Source: Candidatus Omnitrophota bacterium (GTDB taxonomy: Bacteria; Omnitrophota; Gorgyraeia; Zapsychrales; Zapsychraceae). Taken from it: DNA of 64,000 nt. The notes beneath the pieces were generated by a model. It was not told where the DNA came from and did not search any database. It was given only the letters and a program-made list of their open reading frames with translations. Each line of letters begins with the position of its first letter. Within the stretch, counting starts at the first letter, position 1. The DNA is taken from contig JAJDCB010000026.1 of the NCBI GenBank assembly GCA_029261065.1, positions 18,715 through 82,714 of the forward strand. The letters run 5' to 3'. A program made the position numbers and the translations under genes. Positions 23,981 through 33,524 of this stretch are shown one piece after another.

Positions 23981-24085
23981 TTAGTATTAGTCTAAGTAGG
24001 CCCTGTGGAAAACTAGAACAACTTCGAAAACAATTTAAAACAAACAACTTATAGAAAAAAATCCCGTTAATAACCTTGGGATGAA
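23981..24085. other. oriC unwinding half: DnaA-trio-like run, GC linker and DnaA box
   Basis: TTAGTATTAGTCTAAGTAG-GCCC-TGTGGAAAA (box at 24004-24012) in the dnaA-dnaN spacer. Confidence 0.7.
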
Positions 24086-25429
24086 TTATGAATCTCGTTG
24101 TAAAGTATGGGATAACTCTAAAAGGATATTTTTCATCGAAGAATTTTTACCTTCTTCTCCTTCAATCTTTTTACAAGAATGCAACACAGTTGTGTGGTCT
24201 TTACCTCCAAAGGCATAGCCGATCTCTGGCAAAGACATGTGTGTTAACTTACGCGTGAGAAACATAGCTACTTGGCGCGCGTTTACGATATTTTTATTTC
24301 GCTTTTTAGCCCGCAATTCTGTTACCGGAATATTAAAATATTCAGAGACACATTTTTGCACCTGCTCAACGCTAATCGTTTTGGTTGTTTCTTTAACCAT
24401 ATCTTTAAGAACTACTTTGGCCATGTCTAATGTAATGTCTGTATCATCTAATAAAGAATATGCAGCAACACGAATGAGGGCTCCCTCCAATTCGCGAATG
24501 TTTGTTTGAATTTGTTCGGCAATAAAAATAATAACCTCATCTGGAATGTTGGCCGGTTCCAACTCTGCTTTTTTTCTTAAAATGGCAACGCGCGTTTCAA
24601 AATCTGGAGGTTGAATATCTGTAATAAGTCCCCAGGCAAAACGGGAACTTAACCTCTCCTCTAGATTTGCAATTTCTTTTGGAGGCCTATCAGATGTTAT
24701 GATGATTTGTTTGTGGTTGTTGTGTAGATTATTAAAGGTGTGGAAAAATTCTTCTTGTGTTGATTCTTTACCAGCAATAAATTGAATATCATCAATAAGT
24801 AAAACATCTATCTCTCTATATTTTTTTCTAAAGGCAACAGTTGACCGATGACGAATGGCATCTATCAGTTCGTTTGTGAACTTCTCCGACGACATATAAC
24901 AAATTTTTATATCTGGAGATATCTCTCGAATTTTTTGTGTAACAGCCTGCATAAGATGAGTTTTTCCTAAGCCCACTTGGCCATAAATAAAAAGCGGATT
25001 ATATGCTTTTGCTGGCGATTCGGCAACGGCAAGACTTGCCGCACAGGCGAAACGATTAGATGGGCCGACAACAAAGTTATCAAAATTAAATCGAGTATTT
25101 AAGTTTTGGGAAATGTTTGGGCCCTTTTCTGGAACGACTTGTTGGGCTTCATTTAGTCGTAAGTGAGACTCGTCTTCTAAAATTTGGGAGTTAACCAAAT
25201 ATTCTATTTGAACGCTATACGTGGCGAGATTGTTGACGGTTTCTTGAATATAGGATTCGTAATGTTCTACAATCCAATTTTTAAAGAAATCGTCGGGGGT
25301 TTCGATAATAAGAGTTTCAGGATCTTTTTCTTTAACCTGAATAGTTGAAAACCACGTTTCGTAAGAAGTGGTTCCTACCTTATTTTTAATTTCCTCTTTG
25401 GCTTTATCCCAAATTTCTGAAAGACTCAT
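24086..25429 (-). CDS. dnaA: Chromosomal replication initiator DnaA
   Basis: YNPLFIYGQVGLGKTHL, LLIDDIQF, RELEGAL, FGGKDHTTVLH. Confidence 0.99.
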   Translation of the reverse strand: MSLSEIWDKAKEEIKNKVGTTSYETWFSTIQVKEKDPETLIIETPDDFFKNWIVEHYESYIQETVNNLATYSVQIEYLVNSQILEDESHLRLNEAQQVVPEKGPNISQNLNTRFNFDNFVVGPSNRFACAASLAVAESPAKAYNPLFIYGQVGLGKTHLMQAVTQKIREISPDIKICYMSSEKFTNELIDAIRHRSTVAFRKKYREIDVLLIDDIQFIAGKESTQEEFFHTFNNLHNNHKQIIITSDRPPKEIANLEERLSSRFAWGLITDIQPPDFETRVAILRKKAELEPANIPDEVIIFIAEQIQTNIRELEGALIRVAAYSLLDDTDITLDMAKVVLKDMVKETTKTISVEQVQKCVSEYFNIPVTELRAKKRNKNIVNARQVAMFLTRKLTHMSLPEIGYAFGGKDHTTVLHSCKKIEGEEGKNSSMKNILLELSHTLQRDS

Positions 25430-25523
25430 ATTTTGACAGATAAATTTCTAACAAACATGACCAGTGGATTACTCCAAAGGTGTATTTGTCTATTATTGTT
25501 AAGGTTAAACGCGTAGAAAAAAG

Positions 25524-25554
25524 TTGTACACAAGTTTTCCACAGCAGTGAATAA
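25524..25554. promoter_or_regulatory. Three DnaA-box-like 9-mers upstream of dnaA
   Basis: TTGTACACA (25524), TTTTCCACA (25535), AGTGAATAA (25546, inverted); 11-bp spacing. Confidence 0.7.
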
Positions 25555-25844
25555 ACTTTATTTTCTTTAAGTCCTAGAAAATCTTGATGATGTGTTGATG
25601 TTGTTTCCGCGAGTACTACTTTGAAATGTTTATTTCAAAAGATTGTTTATTATAACAAAGAAATTTTTTATTACAATTCATATTTTAAGTCTCCTATAGC
25701 GATGGGAAACAAATTCAATAAAGATAAAAGCAATATGGTGTAATAAAAGGGTCGTCGATAAAAGAGTTAATTTATGTAGAATTAAAAGTTGTTGGTATCA
25801 CTTAAGATTTAAATCTTTTTGGGATTTATTTAGGGTTAAAACGC

Positions 25845-25872
25845 TTGACTAACAAAGGCTCTGTGTTATAAT
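25845..25872 (+). promoter_or_regulatory. rpmH promoter (extended -10), near-leaderless
   Basis: TTGACT-N16-TATAAT with TGn; ATG 9 nt downstream; no SD. Confidence 0.7.
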
Positions 25873-25881
25873 CTTCGAATT

Positions 25882-26019
25882 ATGAAAAAGAATTTAACTA
25901 CACCAACGATCATAAAAGGTAAACGAACCCACGGTTTTAGAAAAAGAATGCAAACGGCCGATGGGCGCGCTGTGTTAAAAAGACGACGAGCCAAGGGCCG
26001 TACTCGACTGAGCAAGTAG
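25882..26019 (+). CDS. rpmH: 50S ribosomal protein L34
   Basis: Manual translation [45 protein letters not shown] (below the ORF-track size cutoff). Confidence 0.96.
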   Translation: MKKNLTTPTIIKGKRTHGFRKRMQTADGRAVLKRRRAKGRTRLSK

Positions 26020-26030
26020 TCCAAACTCCT

Positions 26031-26240
26031 ATGGTTTGGTTTATTACACAAATTATCAAAGTTTATCAAAAAATAAGTCGATACTGCTTCCCACGATGCT
26101 GTCGATATTATCCTTCGTGCTCCCAATACGCCCTAGAATCCATACAAAAGTACGGTGCTTTTAAGGGGCTCTACAAATCAATCATACGTATTCTCAAGTG
26201 TTCACCCTTTTTTAAAGGTGGATTTGATCCTGTAAGGTAA
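26031..26240 (+). CDS. yidD: Membrane protein insertion efficiency factor YidD
   Basis: [11 protein letters not shown]...[15 protein letters not shown]. Confidence 0.95.
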   Translation: MVWFITQIIKVYQKISRYCFPRCCRYYPSCSQYALESIQKYGAFKGLYKSIIRILKCSPFFKGGFDPVR

Positions 26241-26244
26241 TATT

Positions 26245-27915
26245 ATGGAAAAACGTTTTGTAATAGCTATAATACTATCCTTTTTAGTATTATATGTATG
26301 GTCGCTCACAAATCCTCAAAAAAGCAAACCACTCCTCCAAAACAAAACATCACAAATTATTGAAAATAAAGAATTTACAGAAAACAAGAGACCTTCTTTA
26401 GATTCAAACACAGATAGACCTGCCCAGCTGGCCCCCAGCAACGACTCCAACATTAAAGAAGAACCCTTTGTTGCTGAAACGAGTAAATTCGTTGCTAGTT
26501 TTTCAAGTATCGGAGGAAATCTTAAGGAAATAACCCTTAAAGAGTACAACCACACTTTACCCGTAAGATTTTTTTTAAACCTACCAGAATTTGAACATGT
26601 ACCATTTGTCTTAAATGATTCCGCCAGAAATTTTGTGTCATATGTATATCAAAATAACGAAATTAAGGTTGTCAAAACATATCATTTGTCCAATGAGGAT
26701 AATTTGATCAATGTTGCGTTGGAAATCACCAATAAAACGGAAATGTCCAAACTGATGGATATCAAAATAGATAGTTTTAGTGTGGATTTTTCCAGTTTGG
26801 ACAAAAAAAGACAGCGGCTAAACATGCTTATGGAGTACGCCATATCACATAACGGAACGATTGACAGAAAGAAAAATATATCTAAGTTTAAGCAAGAGAA
26901 CGATATAGCTGTAAACGACACAGTTAATTGGATCGGTTTTAGAGATCAATATTATTGTACCATTGTACAACCAGAATTTGAGACAAATAGCTACTATATT
27001 GAATCTGTAAACGAGAAAAAGGCTAGATTAGGGATGAAAGTCGTTGAAAACAGGATAGAACCGAATAATAGGGTGACGTTTGAATCTACCGTGTATATAG
27101 GGCCTCAAGATGTAAAACTTTTAAATTCCTATGACAGAGGATTTGAAAAGATAATAAGTTTTGAGATTGGAGGATTTTTTGACATAATGGCCCTTGGCCT
27201 AACAGATAAGATAGCAAAAATATTGTTAATATTACTAAATTTTATACACAAAATTGTCCCAAATTGGGGGATGACGATTATATTATTTGCTGGAGTTATA
27301 TATGGAATAACGTATCCATTTACCTATAAAAGTATGCTTTCTATGAAGAAATCGCAAAGTAGGATGCAGGTTATACAGCCAGAATTAAAGAAGATACAAG
27401 ATAAATATAAAAGCAATCCCAAAAAGATGCAAGAAGAGATAATGAAGATTTACAAAAAGCACAACTTTAACCCTTTAAGTACGTTGGGGGGGTGTTTGCC
27501 TATGTTGTTCCAAATGCCTATATTTGTAAGCCTTTACCAACTTTTATGGAGAAATTACGCCTTTAAAGGGGCCAATTTCTTATGGATTAAGGATCTTTCT
27601 GAGCCGGACAGACTATTTGGGTTACCTTTTAATTTACCTTATTTTGGAAACGAATTCAACATTTTACCAATTCTATACGGGCTGATGATGTTTTTTCAGC
27701 AAAAAATGCAGTCAAAGAATATGACCGTTTCTGATCCCGCCCAGGCTGAAGCTCAAAAGATGATGGCCAAGATATTCCCAGTTATGTTAGGTGTTTTATT
27801 TTACAAATTTGCCAGTGGACTTACACTATATTTTACTGTATACTTCTTGTTGACTACGCTGTCACATTGGAAAATGAACAAGACCCTTAAAATGGAAGAG
27901 CAGAAAGCGGCGTGA
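26245..27915 (+). CDS. yidC: Membrane protein insertase YidC
   Basis: Large periplasmic domain; GGCLPMLFQMPIF, FLWIKDLSEPD. Confidence 0.96.
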   Translation: MEKRFVIAIILSFLVLYVWSLTNPQKSKPLLQNKTSQIIENKEFTENKRPSLDSNTDRPAQLAPSNDSNIKEEPFVAETSKFVASFSSIGGNLKEITLKEYNHTLPVRFFLNLPEFEHVPFVLNDSARNFVSYVYQNNEIKVVKTYHLSNEDNLINVALEITNKTEMSKLMDIKIDSFSVDFSSLDKKRQRLNMLMEYAISHNGTIDRKKNISKFKQENDIAVNDTVNWIGFRDQYYCTIVQPEFETNSYYIESVNEKKARLGMKVVENRIEPNNRVTFESTVYIGPQDVKLLNSYDRGFEKIISFEIGGFFDIMALGLTDKIAKILLILLNFIHKIVPNWGMTIILFAGVIYGITYPFTYKSMLSMKKSQSRMQVIQPELKKIQDKYKSNPKKMQEEIMKIYKKHNFNPLSTLGGCLPMLFQMPIFVSLYQLLWRNYAFKGANFLWIKDLSEPDRLFGLPFNLPYFGNEFNILPILYGLMMFFQQKMQSKNMTVSDPAQAEAQKMMAKIFPVMLGVLFYKFASGLTLYFTVYFLLTTLSHWKMNKTLKMEEQKAA

Positions 27916-27942
27916 TTAGAGGGTATTTGAAGGAAAGAGGCT

Positions 27943-28143
27943 ATGAACGAAAAATTACATAAAGGAATAGAAGTAGAGGGTACTAACGTAGAAGACGCAA
28001 TAGTGAAGGCTCTAGAGCAGCTAGAGGTAACCAGAGACGAAGTTAACATCAAGATCGTTTGTGAAGAAAAAAAGGGCCTTTTTGGAATGGAAGGGGCTAA
28101 GCCCGCCAAGATAAAGGTAACCCTTAAAGAAAAAACAGAATAA
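27943..28143 (+). CDS. Stand-alone Jag/KhpB N-terminal domain protein (no KH or R3H domain)
   Basis: EVEGTNVEDAI.KAL.QL...KKGLFG..GAKPAKIKV; position after yidC. Confidence 0.85.
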   Translation: MNEKLHKGIEVEGTNVEDAIVKALEQLEVTRDEVNIKIVCEEKKGLFGMEGAKPAKIKVTLKEKTE

Positions 28144-28187
28144 GGCTTGATTTTTTAGCCATTTATAAGAAAATATATACAGATTAA

Positions 28188-28228
28188 TGTTTCACGTGAA
28201 AACAAATGTTTGAGTTTCACGTGAAACG
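28188..28228. promoter_or_regulatory. Two parS-like sites upstream of parA
   Basis: TGTTTCACGTGAAAACA (28188-28204) and AGTTTCACGTGAAACG (28213-28228) versus consensus TGTTTCACGTGAAACA. Confidence 0.88.
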
Positions 28229-28258
28229 TCAAATAACATTCACCAATCCCAAAGTCCT

Positions 28259-29116
28259 ATGGGAAAAACAATATCCATATGTAATCAGAAAGGCGGCACT
28301 GGTAAAACAACTACCAGTGTTAATCTTTCGGCTTCTTTGGCAGAACTTGGCAAAAAAGTTCTTATTGTTGATGCCGACCCGCAAGGAAATGCAACAAGCG
28401 GGGTAGGGGTTAATAAGAATGAATTAGATATATCTGTATACGATCTTCTTATAAATAAACATACAGCACGGGAAGCCATCATCAAAGACGTCTGTCCTAG
28501 ATTGGACATTGTTCCTTGCAATATTAATCTTACAGCTGCAGAGATAGAACTTGTTGGTGCTTTGTCCAGAGAAACAAGACTAAAAAAAGCGCTAGAACAG
28601 GTTAAAAAAGAGTACGATTTTATATTTATCGATTCGCCACCATCCTTAGGCCTACTAACCTTAAACGCTCTGGTTGCCAGCGACTCTATAATAGTACCTA
28701 TACAATGCGAGTTTTACGCGCTAGAAGGGGTCACACAGCTCTTAAATACTTTAGGTCTAATAAGAGATGGTCTTAATCCGGATTTGGCCATAGAGGGCGT
28801 ATTAATGACCATGGCTGATTACCGGACTAACTTGACGAACGAAGTAATAAAAGAGATAAGTTCCTATTTTAAAGATAAAGTATATAAGGCCGTAATTCCT
28901 AGAAATATACGTTTAAGTGAAGCCCCAAGTCATGGTAAACCCATTAATCATTACGATAACACGTCAATTGGTGCGAAAAAGTATTTGGAGTTGGCACATG
29001 AACTTGTTGGGAAAAATCAAGACGACTATAAAGCTATGCAAGTAAACAGGTTAGGTGGTGTCGAGTCTGAGCGTACTGACGAATCTTCAATTAGTGATCA
29101 AGGTCCCATTGCTTAA
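28259..29116 (+). CDS. parA: Chromosome partitioning ATPase ParA/Soj
   Basis: NQKGGTGKTT, DADPQGNAT, IDSPPSLG, IPRNIRLSEAPSHG. Confidence 0.96.
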   Translation: MGKTISICNQKGGTGKTTTSVNLSASLAELGKKVLIVDADPQGNATSGVGVNKNELDISVYDLLINKHTAREAIIKDVCPRLDIVPCNINLTAAEIELVGALSRETRLKKALEQVKKEYDFIFIDSPPSLGLLTLNALVASDSIIVPIQCEFYALEGVTQLLNTLGLIRDGLNPDLAIEGVLMTMADYRTNLTNEVIKEISSYFKDKVYKAVIPRNIRLSEAPSHGKPINHYDNTSIGAKKYLELAHELVGKNQDDYKAMQVNRLGGVESERTDESSISDQGPIA

Positions 29117-29218
29117 TTAATTTAATTTGTTCATATTTTGAACGTAAAATACGTTGTTAGTAAAGAAATTCAATATTTAGCTTTATCCGTATCTGAAGAA
29201 TAAAACATAGGGGGATAA

Positions 29219-30070
29219 ATGGATAACAAAGCCTTAGGCAAAGGTCTTTCAGCCTTAATACCTGAAAAAGCAGAAGAAGCTATTAAACCACAAGATGGTT
29301 TAATGCAGCTAAAAATTGAGAGTATAAAAGATAACAGTTTACAGCCTCGCGTTAATTACGATGAGTCAAAACTTGATGAGCTTAAAGCATCCATTAAAGA
29401 GAAGGGTGTGTTACAACCCATTTTGGTAAGACAAAAAGGGGATGGGTATGAAGTTGTTGCAGGTGAGCGACGGTTAAAAGCAGCAAGGGCCCTAAATTTA
29501 AAAGAATTGCCTGTTATTATTAAAGAAGTTTCGGATAAAGAGGCTTTTGTCATCGCCCTTGTTGAAAACATTCAACGCGAAGATTTAAATCCTATTGAGG
29601 AAGCTCAATCTTACAAAAAGTTAATGGAAGAATTTTATTATACACAAGAGGATGTCGCCAAATCTGTTGGAAAAAATAGAACAACAGTTAGCAACATGAT
29701 GCGATTGCTTAAGCTACCTGAAGAGATACAACAAAGTTTGTTCGAGGGTGTTTTAACAGTGGGCCATGCACGCGCATTGTTGGCGGTAGAATCTCTCGTC
29801 GATAAAAAGAAATTATTTGAAGAAACAATTAAAAATAAATATTCAGTTAGAGATTTAGAAAGTAGAATTCGTCGTTTAGAGCAAGCTGGATCAAAACCGA
29901 AAAAAGCACAGAAACAAAAAATGCCAGAGTTGTTGGTGTTAGAAGACAACTTACAGAAAACGTTAGGAACAAAAGTGAACATTTCGTCATCTAAAAAAAG
30001 AGGAAAGATCACAATTGACTATTATTCTTTCGATGACTTAGATAGAATTTTACAATTAATAAAAAAATGA
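29219..30070 (+). CDS. parB: Chromosome partitioning protein ParB/Spo0J
   Basis: ALGKGLSALI, VAGERR, ALVENIQREDL, GHARAL. Confidence 0.97.
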   Translation: MDNKALGKGLSALIPEKAEEAIKPQDGLMQLKIESIKDNSLQPRVNYDESKLDELKASIKEKGVLQPILVRQKGDGYEVVAGERRLKAARALNLKELPVIIKEVSDKEAFVIALVENIQREDLNPIEEAQSYKKLMEEFYYTQEDVAKSVGKNRTTVSNMMRLLKLPEEIQQSLFEGVLTVGHARALLAVESLVDKKKLFEETIKNKYSVRDLESRIRRLEQAGSKPKKAQKQKMPELLVLEDNLQKTLGTKVNISSSKKRGKITIDYYSFDDLDRILQLIKK

Positions 30071-30570
30071 AAGAGCCAGCCCTTATAATTATTAAACCAG
30101 ACGCTATTAGTAAAAAACTAGTAGGCCATGTTATAACAAAGTTTTCTCAGACAGGTCTAGAGATGGTTGCCATTAGTATAACAAAAGCCACGAAAAGATT
30201 AGCCGAGGAACATTACCGACACATTAAGGATGAGCCTTTTTTCGACGGGGTGATATCTTATTTGATGGGACGATATCACGTGGAGAAAAAATTGTTGGCC
30301 ATTATTTTTTATGGAGAAGGTGCCATAAAAAAATGTCGAAAGATCGCAGGAGCCACCAACCCTGAGGATGCTCAGCCAGCAAGTATTCGAGGATCTTTTG
30401 GACGTATTACAACAAAAGGTATTTATGAAAACGTTGTACATGTTTCTTCAGATAAAGGGGAAGCTGAAAGAGAAATAAAATTGTGGTTTGATCCTATCGA
30501 TGTCACTGCTAATTTATATAAGACGAAACTAATATCTGATCAGTCTAAAAAAAGAAGGGTTTGGGCATGA
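30067..30570 (+). CDS. ndk: Nucleoside diphosphate kinase
   Basis: IIKPDA, AEEHY, GATNP, SIRG, NVVHVSS, EIKLWF. Confidence 0.93.
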   Translation: MKEPALIIIKPDAISKKLVGHVITKFSQTGLEMVAISITKATKRLAEEHYRHIKDEPFFDGVISYLMGRYHVEKKLLAIIFYGEGAIKKCRKIAGATNPEDAQPASIRGSFGRITTKGIYENVVHVSSDKGEAEREIKLWFDPIDVTANLYKTKLISDQSKKRRVWA

Positions 30571-31388
30571 TAAAAGGAATGACGGGTTTTGGACACACTC
30601 AAATTATGATGGGCAAGGTTAAGGCTGTTATAGAGGTTAAAAGTTTAAATCATCGATACTTTGACGTTAATTATTATTTGCCTGTTGGGTTTGGTTCCGT
30701 GGAAAATAAGATTAGAACGTTAGCCCAAAAATTTATTCAAAGGGGACGAATTACAATAGCCATTAAAATTACGGAAAAGCCACCGCAAACAATTACGTTA
30801 AATAAAGAGGCTATTAAGACCCATTTAAAATACGCAAATGTTGTTAAAAGAGAATTTAAGCTTTCAAACGATTTAACCCTTTCTGATTTAGTCAAGCTTC
30901 CAGGGGTTTACGAAATTAAAGAAAATTTGGTAACGCCTGATGGCCTGTGGAATGCGATAGATAAGGGTCTTAAAAAAGCTCTGGTTAGTTTGGAATCTAT
31001 GCGAAAAAGAGAGGGTGTTAGTCTTGCAAAGGATATAGCAGATAAGCTAAGGCGAATGTTGTTGCAAAAAAAGAAGATACAATCGAGAACCAAAACTTTT
31101 TTAAGCGAGAAGAAAAAATTGTTAAACCTCGATGAATTTAAATCTCTTCAGAAAAGTTGTGATGTTAATGAAGAAATTACGCGGTTAACACATTATATTG
31201 AAGAAATGAAGCTCCTATTAAAAAGTAAAGTTCCTGTTGGGAAAAAAATTGATTTTGTCGCACAAGAAATGCAAAGAGAAACGAATACGATTGGTTCGAA
31301 GTTGCAAGATAAAGTTGTATCAAATTCAGTTATTGCTTTAAAAAGTAAAATTGAAAAAATTCGTGAACAGGCGCAAAACATCGAATAA
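30567..31388 (+). CDS. YicC/YloC family endoribonuclease
   Basis: MTGFG, SLNHRY, EEITRL..., GKKIDF..QEMQRETNTIGSK, IREQAQNIE. Confidence 0.93.
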   Translation: MIKGMTGFGHTQIMMGKVKAVIEVKSLNHRYFDVNYYLPVGFGSVENKIRTLAQKFIQRGRITIAIKITEKPPQTITLNKEAIKTHLKYANVVKREFKLSNDLTLSDLVKLPGVYEIKENLVTPDGLWNAIDKGLKKALVSLESMRKREGVSLAKDIADKLRRMLLQKKKIQSRTKTFLSEKKKLLNLDEFKSLQKSCDVNEEITRLTHYIEEMKLLLKSKVPVGKKIDFVAQEMQRETNTIGSKLQDKVVSNSVIALKSKIEKIREQAQNIE

Positions 31389-31436
31389 CATAGGGTCAAG
31401 CAAGTAGCCCCCAAAGTATGTATCATTCGAAAAAAA

Positions 31437-31997
31437 ATGAAAACTAAGGGCAAAATAGTTATCCTTTCCGGCCCTTCAGGTTCTGGCAAAACAACGTTAT
31501 ACAGAAAATTATTGGCGAATTATTCTTCGCTTGTTAAATCTATTTCTGTAACAACTCGCCCCCGTCGAAAAGGTGAAACTCACGGCCGGGACTATTTTTT
31601 TGTCAGCACGAAAATGTTTTTATATAAAAAACGTGCAGGCCACTTTTTGGAATCTCAAAAGGTTTTTGATAACTATTATGGCACTCCAAAAAAGAACGTA
31701 AAGGATTTGATGAATGAAGGAAACAATGTTCTTTTGTGTATTGATGTAAAAGGTGCCAATGTTGTTGGTAACAGGTTTTCAAAGGCCACAAAAATTTTTG
31801 TCAAAACGCCTTCATTAATTAGTCTCAGAGAAAGGCTGGAAATAAGAGGTACGGAGTCCAAAGAGACCATTAATTTGCGCTTAAGAAGAGCCAAAGAAGA
31901 ACTTGAACAGGCTTCAGAATACGATTATGTCGTTGTTAATGATAACTTAGAAGAAGCTTTTGCTAAGCTAAGTAAGATTATTGAAAAAACACTGTAA
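31437..31997 (+). CDS. gmk: Guanylate kinase
   Basis: SGPSGSGKTT, TTRPRRKGETHGRDYFF, YYGTP. Confidence 0.96.
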   Translation: MKTKGKIVILSGPSGSGKTTLYRKLLANYSSLVKSISVTTRPRRKGETHGRDYFFVSTKMFLYKKRAGHFLESQKVFDNYYGTPKKNVKDLMNEGNNVLLCIDVKGANVVGNRFSKATKIFVKTPSLISLRERLEIRGTESKETINLRLRRAKEELEQASEYDYVVVNDNLEEAFAKLSKIIEKTL

Positions 31998-32067
31998 GTT
32001 ATTTATTTTCAACGCTAAATACCTAGAGAAGGCAATTTAAGGTTGATTTTCTTCTCATAAGTTTTTT

Positions 32068-32096
32068 TTGACATTATAGAGCGGTTATGTTAGATT
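32068..32096 (+). promoter_or_regulatory. Putative rpoZ-coaC promoter
   Basis: TTGACA-N17-TAGATT. Confidence 0.6.
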
Positions 32097-32199
32097 ATTC
32101 CCTATTATTGAACCATATAATATGGGGATTTTTTTTATTGTCAGTAAAGGCCTTTTTATTCCTAGAAAGGTCTCAATGTTTAAAAAGGGAGCTTAAAAG

Positions 32200-32490
32200 A
32201 TGTCAAAGATTCCACTAGAAGATTTATTGCCTAAATCAGATTGGAGTATCTATCGATTGGCTCGTATGGCGTCCATTCGTGCTATGGAGTTGGCAGAGGG
32301 TAGAGCTCGACTTACTAAAGAAACTGAGTCTGAAAAAGAGGCGACGATTGCATTAGAAGAAATTTATCAAGGTCTTGTTGTTTCAAAAGAGGCTTGCGAT
32401 AAGTTTCCTACTCCAGAAGATAAGAAAGTTGTTCTTCAGGAAAGTGTTGAAGAAGAAAAAAAAGTACCGGCCACAAGTGAAGCGAAATAA
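32200..32490 (+). CDS. rpoZ: RNA polymerase omega subunit
   Basis: SIYRL...AS.RA.EL..G...K...IALEEI; gmk-rpoZ-coa synteny. Confidence 0.85.
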   Translation: MSKIPLEDLLPKSDWSIYRLARMASIRAMELAEGRARLTKETESEKEATIALEEIYQGLVVSKEACDKFPTPEDKKVVLQESVEEEKKVPATSEAK

Positions 32491-32491
32491 C

Positions 32492-33037
32492 GTGGGTGAA
32501 AAAAAACGAATTATATTAGGGGTTACAGGAAGCATTGCTGCGTATAAATCCGCAGATTTAACGCGAGGCCTTATCGAGAAGGGCTTACGCGTTTCCGTTG
32601 TTTTGACAAAAAAGGCAGAACATTTTATTACCCCGTTGACATTAGCTAGTCTTTCTGGAGAAAAAGTTTTTAGAGGGATGATTGATCAAGAGAATGATTC
32701 TTGGCAGATGCCGCATATTGAGTTAGCGAAGAATGCTGACTTGTTATTAATTGCACCAGCGACGGCGAATGTCATTGCGAAGATAGCACATGGCCTAGCA
32801 GACGATCTTTTAACATGCGTAACTCTTGCCACAAAGGCTCCCGTTTTACTAGCTCCCGCGATGAATACCGAAATGTTTCACAACAGTATCGTAGAAGATA
32901 ATTGCGAACGTCTACAGAAAAATGGTATGACATTTATAAAACCTGTTGAGGGTAAATTGGCTTGTGGTGTGTTTGGCGACGGTCATATTGCAGAAGAAGA
33001 GACGATTATAAATTCGGTTTTGGAGCATCTCAAATAA
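32492..33037 (+). CDS. coaC: Phosphopantothenoylcysteine decarboxylase, CoaC domain only
   Basis: GVTGSIAAYK, HIELA, IAPATAN, PAMN, LACG. GTG at 32492 preferred. Stops before any CoaB domain. Confidence 0.88.
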   Translation: MGEKKRIILGVTGSIAAYKSADLTRGLIEKGLRVSVVLTKKAEHFITPLTLASLSGEKVFRGMIDQENDSWQMPHIELAKNADLLLIAPATANVIAKIAHGLADDLLTCVTLATKAPVLLAPAMNTEMFHNSIVEDNCERLQKNGMTFIKPVEGKLACGVFGDGHIAEEETIINSVLEHLK

Positions 33038-33044
33038 TATATGC

Positions 33045-33116
33045 GGCGTGGTAGCCAAGTGGTAAGGCGGAGGTCTGCAAAACCTTTATTCACCGGTTCG
33101 ATTCCGGTCCACGCCT
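33045..33116 (+). tRNA. tRNA-Cys(GCA)
   Basis: GGCGTGGTAGCCAAGTGGTAAGGCGGAGGTCTGCAAAACC...GGTTCGATTCCGGTCCACGCCT. Confidence 0.96.
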
Positions 33117-33163
33117 TCCTTTTGCCCGTTCTCTAAATGTTTTAAGAAAAAGGGCAAAGATGG

Positions 33164-33205
33164 TTCTTCGAAGCTCAAACGCGCAAGCATTTGAGCGTAG
33201 TAGAA
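33164..33205. repeat. Palindromic repeat, family A copy 1 (inverted)
   Basis: Reverse complement TTCTACTACGCTCAAA-TGCTTGCGCG-TTTGAGCTTCGAAGAA. Confidence 0.8.
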
Positions 33206-33235
33206 TGATGTCGTGTTGATATTTTTAACTATTAC

Positions 33236-33297
33236 GTGATCCCCGCTTTCGCGGGGATGACATTATTATTTTGTCATTCCCACTAAAGTGGGAATCC
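33236..33297. repeat. Inverted pair of GTCATYCCC-N8-GGGRAT palindromes (family C)
   Basis: GTGATCCCCGCTTTCGCGGGGATGAC and GTCATTCCCACTAAAGTGGGAATCC. Confidence 0.8.
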
Positions 33298-33430
33298 ATA
33301 GCCGGATGTAGAAAAAAGTTTAAATTTTTTTTCTTCAATCTGACTTTTGACGCAGCCTGAAAAGTGGGAAACAATCAGTAAAAATTTACTTTTTGCTTTT
33401 TAATAATACATTTAGTATTCGCACGTGGGC

Positions 33431-33470
33431 CCTACTACGTTCAAATATTTACATGTTTGAACTTCGAAGG
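33431..33470. repeat. Palindromic repeat, family A copy 2
   Basis: CCTACTACGTTCAAA-TATTTACATG-TTTGAACTTCGAAGG. Confidence 0.8.
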
Positions 33471-33524
33471 ACCCAATTCGCTGTAATACTTACGACAAAA
33501 ACCGTCGTAAGTATAACGCTCATT

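Noticed and set aside
25866-26126. 86-aa minus-strand ORF as a possible rnpA
   Set aside because: Wrong strand, antisense to rpmH/yidD, and no RNR motif.
28206-28406. ORF starting MFEFHVKR
   Set aside because: FHVK is the translation of the parS palindrome; the ORF overlaps parA out of frame.
29128-29143. TGTTCA-TATT-TTGAAC imperfect palindrome between parA and parB
   Set aside because: Lacks the CACGTG core of parS; single copy in AT-rich DNA.
32375-32491. N-terminal extension of CoaC
   Set aside because: Overlaps rpoZ; GTG 32492 fits the domain start.
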